DNA from: Balanoglossus misakiensis
Taxonomy: Eukaryota > Animalia > Hemichordata
DNA: 64,000 nt
NCBI GenBank assembly: GCA_040954595.2
Contig: CM082582.2
Span: forward strand, 6,884,063 to 6,948,062
Direction: 5' to 3'
Of this stretch, positions 63,783 to 64,000 are shown piece by piece. How positions within the stretch are numbered: the first letter of the stretch is position 1; every line of letters begins with the position of its first letter. The notes below the pieces were generated by a model that saw nothing but the letters and a program-made list of their open reading frames with translations, was not told the origin of the DNA and did not search any database. The position numbers and the translations under genes were made by a program.

Positions 63783-64000
63783 AGTAGGGCAGAGCCTGAA
63801 AGCTGGGCAGGAACTAAGAAATTCGATGCCGGATTTACCAAGCCTCGAGGAAACGTGTTCACTAATGCGCCATCTAGCTGCACAGTTGATTACACGTGTG
63901 CACCATGATTAAACTATTAAACTTTTAACGGCGTTATGCCCTATGGTGAACATCTGCGCGAAACACTGGGATTACTACTCCACAACACTGTCGAATAGCA
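63783..64000 (+). repeat. Homologue of the 28084-28497 repeat, running off the window
   Basis: Shares the blocks listed for 28084-28497. Confidence 0.7.

Overview
Intron-rich animal genomic DNA (~40% GC). Gene content suggests a marine invertebrate, possibly a deuterostome, but this is an inference. There are no prokaryotic features. Hand-spliced models with GT-AG introns and consistent phases give, in order: a Na+/Ca2+ exchanger (NCX/SLC8)-like gene running off the left edge; a secreted C-type lectin plus chitin-binding (CBM14) gene; a tentative 79-aa CaaX-ending micro-gene between 250-bp direct repeats; a truncated Gypsy LTR element; two tandem SLC28/CNT-like transporters; three tandem LRR-Ig-stalk-TM receptors; three tandem copies of an unrecognised ~200-aa secreted 8-Cys protein, interleaved with decayed sulfotransferase fragments; two divergently oriented Gal-3-O-sulfotransferase-like genes flanking a CUB-TM gene; and several MITEs and solo LTRs. 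The strongest signal is that three unrelated families (NCX, both CNTs, both Gal3STs) keep intact reading frames but have replaced their canonical ligand- or cofactor-binding residues. Also notable: the LRR receptors vary on the concave ligand face and are mosaic, and the CUB-TM tail packs PPxY, PTAP and LYPxL ESCRT-recruiting motifs into about 25 residues. Reference motifs are quoted from memory and need checking by alignment.
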